Part shown: positions 62,159-64,000 of the stretch, in pieces | Position numbering within the stretch: position 1 is the first letter of the stretch | Layout of the letters: each line of letters opens with the position of its first letter | Source: Tagaea sp. | GTDB taxonomy: Bacteria > Pseudomonadota > Alphaproteobacteria > CACIAM-22H2 | Direction of reading: 5' to 3' | Assembly (NCBI GenBank): GCA_965279525.1 | Contig: CBDIIB010000004.1 | Location: 928,001-992,000, forward strand | Length of the DNA stretch: 64,000 nucleotides | Program-made: the position numbers and the translations under genes | Notes under the pieces: model-generated | Told to the model about the DNA's origin: nothing | Seen by the model: the letters and a program-made list of their open reading frames with translations, nothing else | Database searches by the model: none

Positions 62159-62908
62159 ATGCGCTTGAAGGACAAAGTCGCGATCGTCACCGGTGCAGCA
62201 CACGGCATCGGCGCCGCAGTCGTACGCGCCTTCGCGCGCGAAGGGGCCAGGGTCATCGTCGGCGACATTCTCGACGACGAGGGCAGGAAGCTTGCCGACG
62301 ACGTCAACAGGGCGGCCGGCGCCGTCGTCGCCGTCTACATGAATTTCGACGTGACCAAGGCGGCACATTGGGACGATGCGGTCGCACTTGCGGAATCCAC
62401 GTTCGGCAAGCTCGACCTGCTGGTCAACAACGCCGGCGTCCCCGGCCGCCCGGGCGTGGAGGACACGACCGAGGAGAGCTGGAACCGCACGATGGACGTC
62501 GACCTAAAGGGAACCTGGCTCGGCATGAAGGCCTGCATGCCGGCATTCCGGCGGGCGGGCGGCGGTGCGGTCGTCAACACGTGCTCCAACTATGCGCTCG
62601 TCGCGTCGGGCCGTGCCGCGGTCTATCACAGCGCGAAAGGCGGCGTGCTGAGCCTGACGCGCGCCGCGGCGGTCGAGTATGCGCGCCAGAAGATCCGGGT
62701 GAACGCAGTGCTTCCGGGCGTGGTCGCGACACCGCGCAACGCATCCCTGCCGGCCGACTGGGCCAAGACGCTGATCGACCAGACGCCGCTGGGCCGCATC
62801 GCCCAACCCGACGAGATAGCACCGGCCTACGTGTTTCTCGCTTCCGACGAAGCCTCGTTCGTCACCGGCGCTTCGCTGGTCGTCGACGGCGGCTACACAT
62901 CCATCTGA
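62159..62908 (+). CDS. Short-chain dehydrogenase/reductase
   Basis: TGAAHGIG, NNAG, YHSAK. Confidence 0.9.
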   Translation: MRLKDKVAIVTGAAHGIGAAVVRAFAREGARVIVGDILDDEGRKLADDVNRAAGAVVAVYMNFDVTKAAHWDDAVALAESTFGKLDLLVNNAGVPGRPGVEDTTEESWNRTMDVDLKGTWLGMKACMPAFRRAGGGAVVNTCSNYALVASGRAAVYHSAKGGVLSLTRAAAVEYARQKIRVNAVLPGVVATPRNASLPADWAKTLIDQTPLGRIAQPDEIAPAYVFLASDEASFVTGASLVVDGGYTSI

Positions 62909-62920
62909 ACGGCGGAGCAT

Positions 62921-64000
62921 ATGGAAAAGACCGAAGTTCGCGACGGCATGCACGTCACGTGGGATACGCCGATCACGATGGATGACGGCCTCGTCGTGCG
63001 GGCCGACATCTTCCGGCCTCTCGCCCCGGGCCGCTATCCGGCAATCCTGACCTACGGGCCCTACGCCAAGGGCCTCGCTTTCCAGGACGGCTACCCCAGT
63101 GCCTGGAAGCTGCTTTCGGACCAGCATCCCGAAGCGCTCGCGGGGTCGAGCAACCTCTACCAGAGCTGGGAACTCGTCGATCCCGAGAAGTGGGTTCCGG
63201 ATGGCTATGTCTGCGTGCGCGTCGACTCGCGCGGTGCGGGCCGCTCGCAGGGCTTTCTCGATCCGTGGTGCCCGCGCGAGACGCGCGATTTCTACGAATG
63301 CATCGAATGGTGCGCGCGTCAGGACTGGTCGAACGGCAAGGTCGGGCTCAACGGCATCTCCTACTACGCGATCAACGCCTGGCAGGTCGCCTCGCTGCAG
63401 CCGCCGCACCTCACCGCCATGTGCGTGTGGGAAGGTGCTGCGGATTTCTACCGCGACATGACCTATCACGGCGGCATCCTGTCGACCTTCTTCGCCAACT
63501 GGTTCGACATGCAGGTGAAGACGGTGCAGCACGGCGTGGGCGAGCGCGGCAAGCGCAGCCGCGCCACCGGCGAGCTTGCCTGCGGGCCTGAAGTTCTGTC
63601 GGACGCCGAACTGGAGGCCAACCGCTCCGACTTCGGCGCCGACATCTTCGCCCATCCGTTCGACGACCAGTATCACCGCGACCGCTCGCCCGATTGGGAC
63701 AAGGTCGTCACGCCGTTCCTGTCGGCGGCAAGCTGGGCGGGCCAGGGCCTGCACCCGCGCGGAAACTTCGAAGGATTCATGCGCGCCAAGGCGCCGCAGA
63801 AGTGGCTCGAGATCCACGGGCTCGAGCACTGGACGCATTTCTACACGCCCTACGGCGAGGCGTTGCAGAAGAAGTTCTTCGGCCATTTCCTGAAAGGCGA
63901 GCGCAATGGCTGGGAAAGTCAGCCGCGCGTTCTGATGCAGGTCCGCCATCCCGGCGAGCGTTTCGTCGAGCGCCACGAGAGCGAATGGCCGCTGGCGCGC
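62921..64000 (+). CDS. CocE/NonD family serine hydrolase (3'-truncated; absent from the ORF track)
   Basis: Manual translation: MEKTEVRDG..MDDGLVVRADIFRP..GPYAK..DSRGAGRS..WSNGKVGLNGISYYA; no stop seen before the window end. Confidence 0.88.
   Translation, partial: MEKTEVRDGMHVTWDTPITMDDGLVVRADIFRPLAPGRYPAILTYGPYAKGLAFQDGYPSAWKLLSDQHPEALAGSSNLYQSWELVDPEKWVPDGYVCVRVDSRGAGRSQGFLDPWCPRETRDFYECIEWCARQDWSNGKVGLNGISYYAINAWQVASLQPPHLTAMCVWEGAADFYRDMTYHGGILSTFFANWFDMQVKTVQHGVGERGKRSRATGELACGPEVLSDAELEANRSDFGADIFAHPFDDQYHRDRSPDWDKVVTPFLSAASWAGQGLHPRGNFEGFMRAKAPQKWLEIHGLEHWTHFYTPYGEALQKKFFGHFLKGERNGWESQPRVLMQVRHPGERFVERHESEWPLAR

Overview
GC-rich bacterial DNA, most consistent with an alphaproteobacterium on protein style and promoter motifs (inference). 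It is packed with about 61 catabolic, transport and regulatory genes. I see no rRNA, tRNA, CRISPR, phage or transposase signal. Blocks in order: (1) 1-4.6 kb sugar ABC transporter, ketose-3-epimerase-like enzyme and Gfo/Idh/MocA oxidoreductase. (2) Oxidative sugar-acid (Weimberg/uronate) genes spread over 4.6-7.2 kb and 18.6-30.2 kb: KGSA dehydrogenase-like ALDH, XylX-like FAH protein, udh, FadR regulator, TRAP, sugar ABC, IlvD/Edd dehydratase. (3) An 11-kb block between them (7.4-18.5 kb): a fused HcnABC/opine-dehydrogenase-type flavoprotein, a fold-IV aminotransferase, an amidohydrolase resembling animal PTER, two DHDPS-like lyases, a PuuE-like hydrolase, a PhyH dioxygenase, a divergent aspartate-dehydrogenase homolog and an ATPase-less amino-acid ABC pair. 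(4) A LysR-linked operon with an orphan molybdopterin subunit, a non-canonical DHDPS-family enzyme, 3-hydroxyanthranilate dioxygenase, an esterase and a NitT/TauT ABC system (30.3-39.9 kb). (5) katG. (6) A probably leaderless enolase-superfamily/GntR/ABC/GMC-oxidase operon (42.3-49.1 kb). (7) PhyH-tctCBA-PhyH-PAS (49.1-54.6 kb). (8) A LysR/cupin/four-SDR/luciferase-like monooxygenase/lactonase/CocE cluster with internal paralogs, one of them a probably inactive SDR (54.8-64 kb). Blocks 3, 4, 7 and 8 are the best candidates for undescribed pathways. All family calls come from motif recognition by eye; no database search was run, and substrates are hypotheses.
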